Shown: positions 1 to 11,575 of the stretch, piece after piece
How positions within the stretch are numbered: the stretch's first letter is position 1
Layout: the number at the start of each line of letters is the position of its first letter
DNA from: Anthoceros angustus
Lineage: Eukaryota; Plantae; Anthocerotophyta
Assembly: GCA_010909165.1 (NCBI GenBank)
Contig: MU008180.1
Span: 495,884-559,883, forward strand
Direction: 5' to 3'
DNA: 64,000 nucleotides
Program-made: the position numbers and the translations under genes
The notes under the pieces: generated by a model
What the model was told of the DNA's origin: nothing
Seen by the model: the letters and a program-made list of their open reading frames with translations, nothing else
The model's database searches: none

Positions 1-678
1 CTCTGGCCAGTGACGAATGACTTGCGCATTTTGAGGCTCTCTGCTGTGACTGGAGTCCTTGTGAACAAACAACCAGCAGGGTTGGGGGCACGTGTTGTGT
101 TGCCGTCTTGTTCATGAGCGAGCAGAGATCCCGCATTTTTCATAAGAGACTATCACGTTTGAACCACAGCCAATGAACCTCTGAAGCTTTGCCGCCCAAT
201 CACATGAATATTCAGTGCGTCCAAGTGTAGAACTGCTTCGTGTCAGGCCCTTTGGCCAGGGGCGTGGTGGAGTGCAAGCTCCCCAAGTGTAAGGCTTCGT
301 GGCAACGATGTGGGGAATCACCTCTCAACCTGCGCAACGTTTGTGCCTGATTACCTGCTAATGAATGCAATTTACCATCCTTCCCTCCGCTCGGGCACAT
401 CTGGACCAAGTCAGTTCACATGCTGGATGCCCGCGCTGCAGGAAAGGCACGTGGCCAGGGCATCGTCCATGGCCAATTGGCACCCTCCTCTCCCTCCCTC
501 GAGCTGCATAAAAGCACGGTGCCTGTTCCAACCATTCCAACCGACACCTCCCATTGCACCATCTCGACTCCCGCAACATCGATCATTCAGCTAGCACTCC
601 AGCCATCTGACTCATCCGCCACATCGTGTGAACGTTGCTACTGCCAGTGCACACTCACGCGAGGACTACTTCGCCAAA

Positions 679-1465
679 ATGGCAACGATGGTACAGACTT
701 CCAGCCTCGCAAGGTCGCCATTGGCAGCCATCCGCGGGTCGCCTGCAGCTCTCCGGGCTGGGCAGAGACTGAACCTGGGCCTGCAGTCCAGGAGAGGCCT
801 GGCCATCCGTGCAGTGCAGCAGCAGAATAAGGACACCCCTCTGGTGCGTGGATCATACAGATAGAGCCCTGATTGTCTTTGCAGCTTGCAATTCTGGGTG
901 GGTTCGCTCGATTTCTGATCCTGCTTGTTCCTGCTCCTGCTCCTGTCGGCGCTGGTGCATGCAGCCGCAGACGAAGGTGGATATCACCGAGCAGGACGTG
1001 AAGAACAACGAGGGGCAGGAGCCGTTGCGGGTGTTCGACGGCTCCCCCGCGGCCCAGTTCTTCCGGCCCGAGAGCGAGAGGAGGCCGGAGCTGGGGAACA
1101 AGTCCGTGGAGAGCGTGATGAAGTTCGACGGGCCCGCCCCCGAGACCATCAACTCGCGCCTCTCCATGCTGGGCATCACCTGGGCGTTCATTGCCGAGGT
1201 TCTCACGGGCCAGAGCGTGGTGCAGCAGGTGACGGATAGCACCGGCCTGCTCTGGTTCCTGGCGGCTGCCCCCATTGTGGTGTGGGCGTCTTTCGTTCCC
1301 ATCTTCGGCAGCGGGGAGTCGCCCGACAGCAGAGCCGCAGGCCCATTCAATGCCAAGGCCGAGAGATGGAACGGCAGGGCAGCCATGATCGGATTCGTGT
1401 CGCTCCTCGTCACCGAGCAATTTCTGTTGCACGGCCCTCTCCTCGGGTTCCTGCACTCCTCCTAG
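679..1465 (+). CDS. ELIP: Early light-induced protein (LHC superfamily, plastid-targeted); 2 exons: 679-843, 965-1465
   Basis: Ser/Ala/Arg-rich transit-like exon 1 (MATMVQTSSLARSPLAAIRG...), GT-AG intron 844-964 in phase 0, then ELIP-type LHC motifs FDGPAPETINSRLSMLG and NAKAERWNGRAAMIGF. Confidence 0.92.
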
Positions 1466-1507
1466 ATCCGGCTTAGCTCCAGTCTTGTGTACATTATCCT
1501 GCAACCG

Positions 1508-1639
1508 TAGCTCTGTTTTGGTGAACCTTATGCTTTCGTAGACCCAAGCTCCATAGCTCCGTTCTTGTGAACCTTATGCTTTCATAGACCTAAGCTCCCT
1601 AGCTCTGTTCTGGTGAGCCTTATGCTTTCATAGACCCAA
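1508..1639 (+). repeat. 46-bp tandem repeat, about 2.9 copies, in the ELIP/PPR convergent 3' region
   Basis: Units start at 1508, 1554 and 1600 with consensus TAGCTCYGTTYTKGTGAACCTTATGCTTTCRTAGACCYAAGCTCC, read directly from the sequence. Confidence 0.9.
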
Positions 1640-1776
1640 ACTGTACATTGTTGTCGCTTGGACTCATCAAGCTGTACATTCGTTGTTGCTTGTCCAAGGA
1701 CTTCAAAACTGTTAACCATGTTGCGGATGCATACAAGAAATGCCTAAATGCAAAGTGACAATTTTCTCGATGCTCG

Positions 1777-4203
1777 TCAATGGCGATCACCACATGAACA
1801 AGAACCCTCCACAAACTTATGTACCCTATGCGCATCTCTAACAATGATCTCTCGTTTCTCAAGATGTGAGAGAATCTTCGTGCTGCTGTGGCAGTCGTTG
1901 CACATCCGAAGGTTCTTGGTGACTAGCAAAGTGGTACCTTCTGGGGTGTTGAGAAGCCCATATGCCAAGGCAAGTTTCTCTGCGTGTCCGCACAGAGAGT
2001 CCTCCTTCTCCTGCTCAGACATTGGCTTGACCACCAACTGAGTTTGAGGGACATGACCTCCTTCCTCCTTCAGCTTCGTGTTCACGCTCTTCAGCTTTGA
2101 GCCGATGTCAGACCTCTCCTCTCCCACTGTGAACTCGTGCACCTCGTTTTTCACTTCGATGCATGCCTTTGCGGCCTTCTTCGCAGCACCTGCTGACCTT
2201 CTCAAGCTTTCTATCCTGTGCGCATCGTCCCACCTGCCTGCATTCGCGTAGATGTTGCCCAGCAGCACGTAGGAAGTCGAGTTCTCGGGCTCCAGTTCGA
2301 CAAGATGGTCGAAAGATCGTCTGCCTCGCTCTACGTCACCGTGGCTTTTGCAGGCAGTCAGCAAAGCTGTCCAGCCCACAGCATCGTTCCTGAATGATGT
2401 GGTTTGCAACAGCCGCTCTGCGGCGTCCAGTTGGCCTGACCGGCCAAGAAGATCCACCATGCAACTATGGTGGTAGTCGGAAGGCACGATCCCATAATTC
2501 TCCACCATCATCCTGAAATACATCTGACCCTCACGCACCAGGCCTGCATGACTGCACGCCACCATGAGGCATATAAACGTCGTCTCATCCGGATCAACAC
2601 CTTCCTGCAGCATGTCTTCGAAACACCGGATCGCCATGTGCCCATCACTGTGCTCAGCATAGCCCTTGAGCATCGCTGTCCATGTCACCAGATTCCTTGC
2701 AGGCAGTGCGTCGAACACCCTGCGAGCATCCTCCAGACTCCCACATTTGGAATACATCTCCACCAGGCAGCTGCCAATAAACGCATTACCCTCAAGCCCT
2801 CGATCCTTAATGTCCGAATGGATTTCCTTCCCCTGCTGCAATGCCCCAACACTGGCACAAGCTTGCAAGAGGCACGAAAACGTAACATGATTGGCAGAAG
2901 GCATACCCACCTCCTTCCTCATCCTGCCATACAGCCCCAGGGCTTCCCGCCCAAGCCCCTGCTGCGTATACCCCGCCATCATCGCATTCCATGCCACCAC
3001 ATCCCTCCTGGGCAAACTGTCAAACACTCTCCTTGCATCCTCCAGCCTCCCACATTTCGCATACATGTTCACCAACCCATTACCAACAACAGCATCCCCT
3101 TCCAAACCCATTCCCCGGATCTGCAAATGAATCTCCCTCCCTTCCTCCAGCGCCCCCACACTAGCACAAGCTTGAAGCAACGACACAAACGTAACATGAT
3201 CAGCCGCAGTCACCCCCTCCTGCTGCATCCTCCCATACAAAGCCAGGGCCTCCCTTCCCATCCCCTGCTGCGAATACGCTGCGATCATGGCATTCCATGT
3301 CACCACATCCCTCCTCCGCAACCCATCAAACACGCTCCTCGCATCCTCCAAGCTCCCGCACTTGGCGTACATATTCACCAGGCTGTTGCCCACAAACACA
3401 TCAGCCTTCACACCGCTCGCCCTAATGTCCCCATGCACCTCCTTCCCGGCCTCCAGATCCTCAGCCGAGGCGCACGCCTTCAGAGCCGCCACAAACACAT
3501 GATTATCCGCATCCACACCCGACGCCCGCATCCGCCTGTAGAACCTCACCGCCTCCTTGGGCTGCCCGTGCCGCACATGTGCCGAGATGATGGACGACCA
3601 CATATACACGTCCGGCACAGCCACATCCCGGAACGCCCGCACCGCATCCTGCAGCTCGCCGTGCGCAGCATACATCCCGATGATGTGATTAGCCAAAAAC
3701 GCATCCGCCCCGAGCCCCTGCCCCACGGCAATGGAGTGAATCCGCCTCCCGGAAGCAAGATCACTCCCTCCCCCGCACCTCTTGATCAGCCGGTACAAGG
3801 CCGTCCGGCTCACGCTACACCCCCTCTGCACCATGCCATCCAAGGCCTCCACGGCATCCCCCAGCTCTACATCCTCCCCCCAGGCCTCCCCAGCCCAATC
3901 CGTCCGGGCCAGCTGCGAATCAACCCAGCTGGGCTTGTGGTAGCTGTCCAGCCACAGCGGCTCCTTGGACGTCTTGTGCCTGAAGTCGGGATGCCGGGAG
4001 CTCCTCTTGTCCCCCCTGTTGTCCCACCAGTCCCCCGGATTGGAGCACAGGTGCTGCCACAGAAGCTCCTCCCGCTCCCTCTGCGTCGCTCCCGGCACGG
4101 AAGCTCGGGAAGCCATCAGCTTGCCCGGCCATGGGCTGGGATTGTGATCGGCGGGCGCGTCTTGCAGCAGGATCCGCAGCTGCAGGCGCAGCTGCATCGC
4201 CAT
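1777..4203 (-). CDS. PLS-class PPR protein with E1/E2 and a DYW:KP-type (DRH-ending) deaminase domain, plus an N-terminal OSB-like PDF motif; candidate organellar RNA-editing factor
   Basis: Intronless 808-aa ORF with about 14 P/L/S repeats (e.g. DVFVGNSLVNMYAKCGSLEDARSVFD, RDVVTWNAMIAAY), E motifs, KAAKACIEV in place of PGxSWIE, HAEKLA, CNDCH and terminal SCSCGDRH. In-frame TAG three codons upstream fixes the start. Confidence 0.95.
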   Translation of the reverse strand: MAMQLRLQLRILLQDAPADHNPSPWPGKLMASRASVPGATQREREELLWQHLCSNPGDWWDNRGDKRSSRHPDFRHKTSKEPLWLDSYHKPSWVDSQLARTDWAGEAWGEDVELGDAVEALDGMVQRGCSVSRTALYRLIKRCGGGSDLASGRRIHSIAVGQGLGADAFLANHIIGMYAAHGELQDAVRAFRDVAVPDVYMWSSIISAHVRHGQPKEAVRFYRRMRASGVDADNHVFVAALKACASAEDLEAGKEVHGDIRASGVKADVFVGNSLVNMYAKCGSLEDARSVFDGLRRRDVVTWNAMIAAYSQQGMGREALALYGRMQQEGVTAADHVTFVSLLQACASVGALEEGREIHLQIRGMGLEGDAVVGNGLVNMYAKCGRLEDARRVFDSLPRRDVVAWNAMMAGYTQQGLGREALGLYGRMRKEVGMPSANHVTFSCLLQACASVGALQQGKEIHSDIKDRGLEGNAFIGSCLVEMYSKCGSLEDARRVFDALPARNLVTWTAMLKGYAEHSDGHMAIRCFEDMLQEGVDPDETTFICLMVACSHAGLVREGQMYFRMMVENYGIVPSDYHHSCMVDLLGRSGQLDAAERLLQTTSFRNDAVGWTALLTACKSHGDVERGRRSFDHLVELEPENSTSYVLLGNIYANAGRWDDAHRIESLRRSAGAAKKAAKACIEVKNEVHEFTVGEERSDIGSKLKSVNTKLKEEGGHVPQTQLVVKPMSEQEKEDSLCGHAEKLALAYGLLNTPEGTTLLVTKNLRMCNDCHSSTKILSHLEKREIIVRDAHRVHKFVEGSCSCGDRH

Positions 4204-4417
4204 GGAGCTCTACGCCGTGTTTGTGGGCGATTCGCGTTTTCTGCGTTTTTTTTTCTCTCCCTGGTCGGTTCGTCTTTCGTCGTGTCTCCTCTGGTCCCGT
4301 CTTGTTACGGAAGGTTATGGAAGTTCGATCTAGAGAAATGACGCTGGCTGGGCATTGTTGCGCGATCGGGTTCCCACCAAAGTGACAGATCAGGGGCTCG
4401 CGGGAGCTGCAACCGCG

Positions 4418-7400
4418 ATGGTGGATCTTGGTGCGTTCGCGGAAGAGTCCTTCCAAGCCAAGGCGTGGGTGAACGATGTGTGCAAGCAGAGGCGGGCGGA
4501 CGACAGCATCGATCGGTACCTGGCGGATGTGGAGATGAAGCTGCAGCTGATGGCGGAGGACATCGCAGGGGCCCTAGAGGAGCAGAGCGTGGCTGCGCTG
4601 CTGCGGACGCCGCGGGCGCTGCGGGACGTGGTGCGGTTGCGGGACGATGCGCTCGGCTTGCGGTCGACTGTGTCCGGGATCTCGCTGAAGCTGGAGCAGG
4701 TGGGAAGTGGTGGAGGTGTGGGGAGGCCTGGGTGTGGGGAGAGAGGTGGCTGATTGAGGACGGGAGATTGTGTGCAGGTGGGGCGCATGTCTGCGGAGTC
4801 CGTGGCAGCGCTGGCGCGGGTGGACAAAGTGAAGCAGAGGATGGAGGCTGCGCACGAGACGTTGCAGGTTGAATGGATCGTTTCTGGCGTTCGGTAGGGT
4901 AGCTGCGCGGCTGCAGGTGCGAAGTTCACTGGTTTGAGTCGCCTGCAGGATGCTGCAGGTTTGGCTCAACTCAGTGCGAGCGTGGAAAATGTGTTCGCAA
5001 GTGGTGACCTTCCCCGGGCTGCGGAAACCCTAGCGAACATGAGACGGTGCTTGGCAGTAGTGGGAGAGGTGATGGCCTTAGCTTGATGTAATTGCAGGTC
5101 GTGCACTTCTCGGTACAGATTGGATGGTGTCTGAGCGGGGACGGGGGTTTTCAGGTACCGGAATTTGCCAACGTGAAAAGGCAGCTCGAAGTGCTTGAGG
5201 ATCGGCTTGAAGGAATGGTCCAGCCACGGTTGTCCGATGCACTGTCTCAGCGCAAGGTGATCGTCTGGGATTTGCTGGATGGAGGGAGAGGGATGCTTTG
5301 TGCATCGCAAGTTCCTTCTTGCTCATTGTGTGTTTGGCAGGTTGAGAGCACTCAGGGGTTGCGGGATATTCTTATCACCATTGGCAGGTATGGATCTCTA
5401 GAGCAGCACTACACTCGTGTCCGAGTGCGGCCTCTGCGGCGTTTGTGGGAGGAGTTTGAGTCAGGGAAGGGGGCTATTGCTGCTGGCAAACCGGCACCTA
5501 ACGAGAAGCAATCTAGTGATCGACATCAGCCAGCAATTGCGGTTGCCAATGGGGCGTCAGCTGCTTCCTTCTCAGATTGGTTGCCTAGATTCTATGACGA
5601 GGTCCTGCTTCAGCTTGAGCAGGAATACAAGTGGTGAGTGCCATGTCTAGGGACGTCGTCAGTGGCTGTCAGTGAATTGAATGTGACACTTCTCTTTAGC
5701 ATTGGATGTATGCTCACCGTCTCTCACTCATGTTGTGCCAGGTGCCAAGTGGCATTTGCTGAAGACTACAACTCCCTTGTTCCTAAGGTGCTGATTGAAA
5801 CAATGTCAGCTATTTCTGCTAGCTTCACTGCACGAGTTGATGCTGCCACAGAAGAGGCAATAGTGGGGGCCAAAGGTTCTGCCTCAGGTGACCACCGGTG
5901 TCTGTGCTGTGCTTTTTACTTTTCTGCATTTTCATGGTACTGGGAACTTTGGACTTCGTAGCGTGGCCTTAAGTCTGAGGTATGCCAGAGAGTGGAGGCG
6001 ACAAGGGGCGAGGTACAAAGATGGGTATACTCCTAGCACTTCACAGCATGACTGGAGCATTTGCAAGGAACGTTCAGCACTTGTTCTCAGCTGTTGATAT
6101 TATGGAGGTTGCTCGTGTCTTGAGAGCTGTTTATTCACCTTTCGAGACATACAAGCAAAGGTCAGCCCTTTCGCTTATTCTTTCTTGAGTATTTCTGGAC
6201 AACCAGAACGGGGATGGGTATGCTGTATCGGTACTTCCCTGCAAGTAAACAAGGCCGTTGTTTTCAGCTTTTAGCTATGGTGGGAATGTTTCAGGTATGG
6301 AGAGCTGGAACAAAGTCAGCTGATCGCTGAGGTGACGGCTTTGGATCTGCGAGGGGCTGTACCTGGTGGCATTGGTGCACGTGGAGTAGAATTAAGTGAG
6401 ACTGTTCGACGCATGGAGGCTTCTATCCCAGCAGTTACGTTGGCACTGGAAGGAGCAGTTGAACGCTGCAGTAGCTTCACAGGAGGCTCCGAAGCAGAAG
6501 CTCTTGTACACGCCCTTGATGAAGTGATGCTTCATTACCTTGCGTCCTTGGCCGAAATCCTGAATTCACTACGCCAAATCTGTGGAGTGGACAGATCTGC
6601 ACCAGATGGACAGGCTTCTGAAGTCGGCTTTGGGAGGAAAGACAGTGGGTTGGGGCTGAATGCATTAAGTGCTGCGGAGTTGGTTCCGGAGGAGGAGGAA
6701 TGGTCGGTTGTCCAAGGAGCCCTGCAATTGCTGACTGTTGCGGACAGTTTGAGTGGACGGTCGTCAGTATTTGAAGTGTCACTCCGAGCAACACTTGTCA
6801 GATTGGGTACTCGCTTGCAACTTACTCAGGCTCTGGCATCTGGTTTGTTGAGCTCAGCGTCATCCCGCACAGGGTCGGCAAATGAGGAATTCGGACCTTC
6901 ATGGACCCTAGACATGGCAATCCTGAGACTGTTTGATGCTCCTGAAAAGGCCAGGCGTCTCGCCAGCCTTTTCGAGCAGGTGGGTGCAACCGCTGGCAGT
7001 AGGCATCGTGTAACTATTATGCTTTTCCTGACAGTCTGTCTTTCTCACACGCTTTATTTGATGTCATGCAGACCAAGGACCCACGTTTCCATGCTCTGCC
7101 TCACACATCTCAAAGAGTCGCAGCATTCACAGAAGCCGTGAACGACCTTGTCTATGAGGTACTAATATCCAAGGTACGGTTGAAGCTGGCTGACGTGGCT
7201 CGCCTGCCTATCTGGAGTGCCGAGGAGGAGGACAACGACTTTGAGCTTCCCTCTTTCAGCGCCTACCCTTTACCCTATGTCACCAGCATCGGTGAGTACT
7301 TGTTCACTCTGCCCCAGCAACTGGAACCTTTGGGAGGAGGTGCGAGCGGAGGTGCATCGGAAACGGGGGAAGACCATTCAGAGGAAGCACAGTACTTCGC

Positions 7401-7784
7401 GACAGAGTGGATGTTCAAGGTACTGTGTTCTCACCTCAGACCCTCCTTTGCCAAGGTCTCACCAGTCTCCTTACACCCAATCAATACTCTCTTGCCTTGC
7501 AGGTTGCCGAAGGCGCAACAGCTCTGTACATCGAGCAGATCCGAGGCATTCAGTTGCTAAGCGATCAGGGAGCTCAGCAGCTATCGGCAGACATAGAGTA
7601 CCTGTGCAACGTCTTATCAGCTCTCTCCATGGCCACCCCGGGGGTCCTGGCCACGTTCCAAGCCTGCGTCAGCCTCCCAAGGCCGAAGCTGCTTGAGCTG
7701 GTGAAGCAGGATGGCGGAGCCCAGCTGGACATGCCCACAGTCCGCCTTGTGTGTAAAATGCGGCAGGTTTCACTGGATCACTAA
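4418..7784 (+). CDS. COG7: Conserved oligomeric Golgi complex subunit 7 (multi-exon)
   Basis: Exon translations MVDLGAFAEESFQAKAWVN...YLADVEMKLQL, DAAGLAQLSASVENVFASGDLPRAAETL, EFANVKRQLEVLEDRLEGMVQPRL and FSAYPLPYVTSIGEYLFTLPQQLEPL match plant COG7 as recalled; GT-AG introns. Confidence 0.93.
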
Positions 7785-8419
7785 TCTCGCACTCACAGTT
7801 CACTCTGCTCTCGAACACGATCTATGTATGTATGTATATATGTACCTTCCACATCGGCAGGCACGACTACCTGTGCATATACATGGATCGGATAACATTG
7901 TCTGTTTCACACGAGCCTTCGTTTCGAAGCTGGGCGTCCTCCTGTGTCAAGCAAACATTGCTCCTTGTATTTAGTTACCTTGGGAGAACGTGTCAGTCCG
8001 TGTAAGCGAAGAAGGGAGTCTGTGCATATCCGCTGCCGCCCTGATCAGGTCAGATCAAATGCAAGTGCGCAAGCTCTAAGTGCCCAGCGAAAGCGTGGTC
8101 TTTGGCTGGTTGCGGCGTGCTTAAAAGGTCCTCTCCTGTCGCAGCACGCTGGGCTGGCTGGCTGGCGTAATCCGATCGCCAACCACTCACTGGCTGAACA
8201 TCCGATTGACCAGGAACAAGTGGCATTTTTGTGATTCATCCGAGCACGGCTGTGATCAGGGTTTCTCTTTCTCGGGGCCTGCTGAATCTGCGGCTGCAGC
8301 CTGCAGCGTAAATCGATCCCTGTGACAATGGCGTGAGCGATTGCTTGTTTGATTGGGTACATCGTACAGAGAGACAGCATTGCAAGGATTTCCGACCTGG
8401 GAGCAACCGGGCTGCAGAG

Positions 8420-11243
8420 ATGATGGCCGTGTCTCTTTCTCCCCCGGGCGTGGGACTGCCCAGGCGCCTCTGCTGCCCGCACATGGCGTTTGCCGCCCGC
8501 ACGGCCTGCGCGAGCACCAGTAGCAGCACCAGTGGGAGCAGCAGCAGCCGGCTTTTCGTTTTCCGCGACAGCAGGGCCGGAGTGCGATCCAGGGCCGTCA
8601 CAGAGCTGGCAGAGGCCTCCAGTGCAGGGTTGCGGACCGAGCAGGAGGCCGCAGGGCCGCTTCTCGGGGCCCCGCACTCCGATACATTCCTCAACGTCAC
8701 TTCTGAGGATGGTAATTGCCGGCAGACGTGGAATTGGTTTTGGATTGCTTGTCGGGGCATCGCAATGCGATGCGTGTGATTCGAATTGGAGGCACGCTGA
8801 CTCATCTCTGGTTTCTTCGCATTGAGGATCACGATCCAGACTGGCTAACCTTGGGGATCCAAGCAGCGGATGGGTCTGATTGAGAAGATCTGATTGCCTG
8901 ATTGAGGTCTTGGGTCTACAAATTGGTTGCTTAGGTCCTAATCCATGGCAGCCGCTGCCGGGGCCGCAGTTTTGGGGACCTGTAAATTCTGTGATGTTAG
9001 GGCTCACCTCTTGTCGTTGTGTAGGTCGGCTTTGCTAACGCGATTGTTACGGATGCAGAGCTTCTAGCGAGCATTTGGAAAGAAGTGGAGGCTAAGCGAC
9101 TGCCGAGACGAGGCGGGGCTGCCTTGGTTGAGCTGTACAACAACTATAGAGATGCTGTGAGTGTTGTGATGCTCCCTGCTGTTGCTTCTTTAGGGAATCA
9201 AGTTAAACCCTTGGCAGGTCTTTGTTTCTGTCGAGACAACGCCGGGTTCTTCATGCGGTAAGCATGTTCTTGCGTAGGCCTTGGAAGGTGGCATCTCAAA
9301 GGAGGGTGTGGTGAAGATCATGGCAACTGTTTGTGATCGAATCATATTGCAGTTCAAGGTGCGTAATACGTCCACGGGATTTACTCCTTCGAACGTTCTA
9401 CAGTGGTGGAATGAACTCGGCTAACTCGTTTGTCACGCCCTCCTAGGATCCTTTCACATTTCAACCACATCATGAGCGGATGATCGAGCCGTACAACTAC
9501 TACGAGTTTGGTCAGAATTACATCCGTCCATTGATCGACTTCTCGTACGTTCACCGCCTTTGCATCCCTGCGGCTTTCTCGTATCTCAGATGTCCATGCT
9601 TAGGATTCTGATTCTTCTGATTCTGTTTCTTTGCCTTTCAGAAACTCTTACATTGGGAATCTAGATATCTTCGATGAAATGCAGGATTATTTAAAGCAGG
9701 TAAATATAACTTCTCCTGTCTACAAATGGTTGATGGTTTCAAATTTGAAGCTGTCGTTGCTGTCTGCATGTGTATTTCCCATCTGGTGGCCTCCTCGCAA
9801 ATATGCAGGGCCACAATATTTTACTCTACTCGAATCACCAAACCGAAGCAGATCCTGCAGTTATTGCTCTGCTTTTGGAGTCCTCGCATCCATACCTTTC
9901 TGAGAACTTGGTATATATAAGTACTGCTTTTGAAGTGAGGCTCTTGATATCGCCCTCTGTTCGAACTGGCTGCCGACTGATTCACATACTTTGTATGTTA
10001 CTGCAGACTTACGTGGCAGGAGACAGGGTCGTGAGTGACCCATTCTGTAAGCCCTTCAGCATGGGAAGGTGTGCACTCTTTAGGTCTCTGTCCAGTGTCC
10101 GTGTTTTTGCAGTCAGGCTGGGTTAATCCATGACCCGTCTGCTGAACTATGTAGTTTGACTTTGTTGCAGTGCATTATGTGTTTGCTGAGATGTTTTTTA
10201 TATTGAACCTGCGACAATATGATCACCTGGAGATCCCAATTTGCAACAGGTACAACTCCGGTATATCCTTCTAATCATTTCTATGGGTCCTGGTCAGGAA
10301 TTTGTTCTGTGTATACTCGAAAAAACACATCAATGATGTGCCAGAAGAAGCAGAAATGAAGCAACATGCCAATCGTCGAACCCTTAGTATTATGTGTGAT
10401 CTTCTCAGGTGCTGTGTGTTTTCCTGCTCTAGTCTACTTGCAGCAAGCTTAGCCATTATAGGCAGCCTTATTCTCCCTGTGTGATTTGATTTGCGCAGTC
10501 AAGAGAAAGGTTTGCTAATCTGGATTGCTCCTAGTGGTGGCCGAGACCGTCCAGACCCTGTTACTGACGAGTGGAACCCAGTGAGTTTCAAACCGAGTCT
10601 GCTTGTTTTGGAATTCAGTTTCATGTGGTTTATACGTTTTTGTTTGTCAGGCAACCTTTGATTCATCTGCTGTCGACCACATGAGACGGCTAATGCTCTC
10701 ACATGGAACCGCTCCGGGCCACATGTATGCTATGTCTCTTCTCTCTTACGATGTGATGCCACCTCCTAAGCAGGTACATTGTTCCACCTAGGCAACCTTC
10801 CTTTTAGATTTATCTAGTTTCTGCTTTCACACTGGCAATTTTGATATCTTGAATCTTATGACCGACTTCGTTCGTATGCACATCAACGGATAGGTGGAAA
10901 AGGAGCTAGGTGAACAGCGGTTAATGAATCACACTGGATGTGGCCTCGCTGTGTCGCCAGAACTCAATTTTGCTGAGATTACCGCTGGCATTGCAGACCT
11001 AAAACGAGAGGTGGGTGGCTTTGGCAAAAGTGTGATGTTGGCATGGTAGGCCGTGGATGTTGAAATTGTTGTCGCTTCTTGCAGGGTAGAGAAGTGTTCG
11101 CAAAGGCTGCGTACAAGATTGTTAAGGATCAATACGATGTCCTGGCAAAAGCTGTCGATGGAGGCCAGGGACTTGCAGCCTCAACGTCATCGGTTCAACT
11201 ATCCCAGCCTTGGAACGCTCAGCTCCCCAGCGGACCACGATGA
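8420..11243 (+). CDS. ATS1: Plastidial glycerol-3-phosphate O-acyltransferase (multi-exon)
   Basis: Transit-like exon 1; exons [31 protein letters not shown], the HX4D motif [28 protein letters not shown] and [14 protein letters not shown]; stop at 11241-11243. Confidence 0.93.
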
Positions 11244-11575
11244 TAATGTTGAGCTGTCAGACCTTGTATACTGTTGTACCAAAGCATACTTCAGATTCTT
11301 GCACTACCAGCTAGGCAGAATTTTTTTGCTGAATCCTGTCCAATGGAGTGCCTACCGCTGGTTGGCAGCTTCCACACCCGTTAGCTGAGTCCCTGTAAAT
11401 TGATTTGACTACCTCCATTTATATATGCTGGTCATAGAAGAATTGTGAAGTTGAAAGCTAGAAGAAAACTAGATTCCATCCAAGCTCGGTGGTAACAAAG
11501 TACATCCCCGCATACGTCTTAGGAAATAGTGCCAGTATTCTCATATAGGAATTTTCCGCACCGCTGCTTCACCCC

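Noticed and set aside
112-594. Short ORFs on both strands at the window start
   Set aside because: No recognisable motifs or consistent splice pattern; probably upstream or UTR sequence.
638-1504. 288-aa minus-strand ORF and other overlapping ORFs
   Set aside because: Antisense shadow of the GC-rich ELIP coding sequence.
2467-4341. 624-aa plus-strand His/Pro-rich ORF
   Set aside because: Antisense shadow of the PPR gene, caused by high GC3; no independent domain.
8045-9007. 320-aa and 198-aa minus-strand ORFs
   Set aside because: Antisense to ATS1 exon 1 and its promoter; low-complexity and no known motifs.
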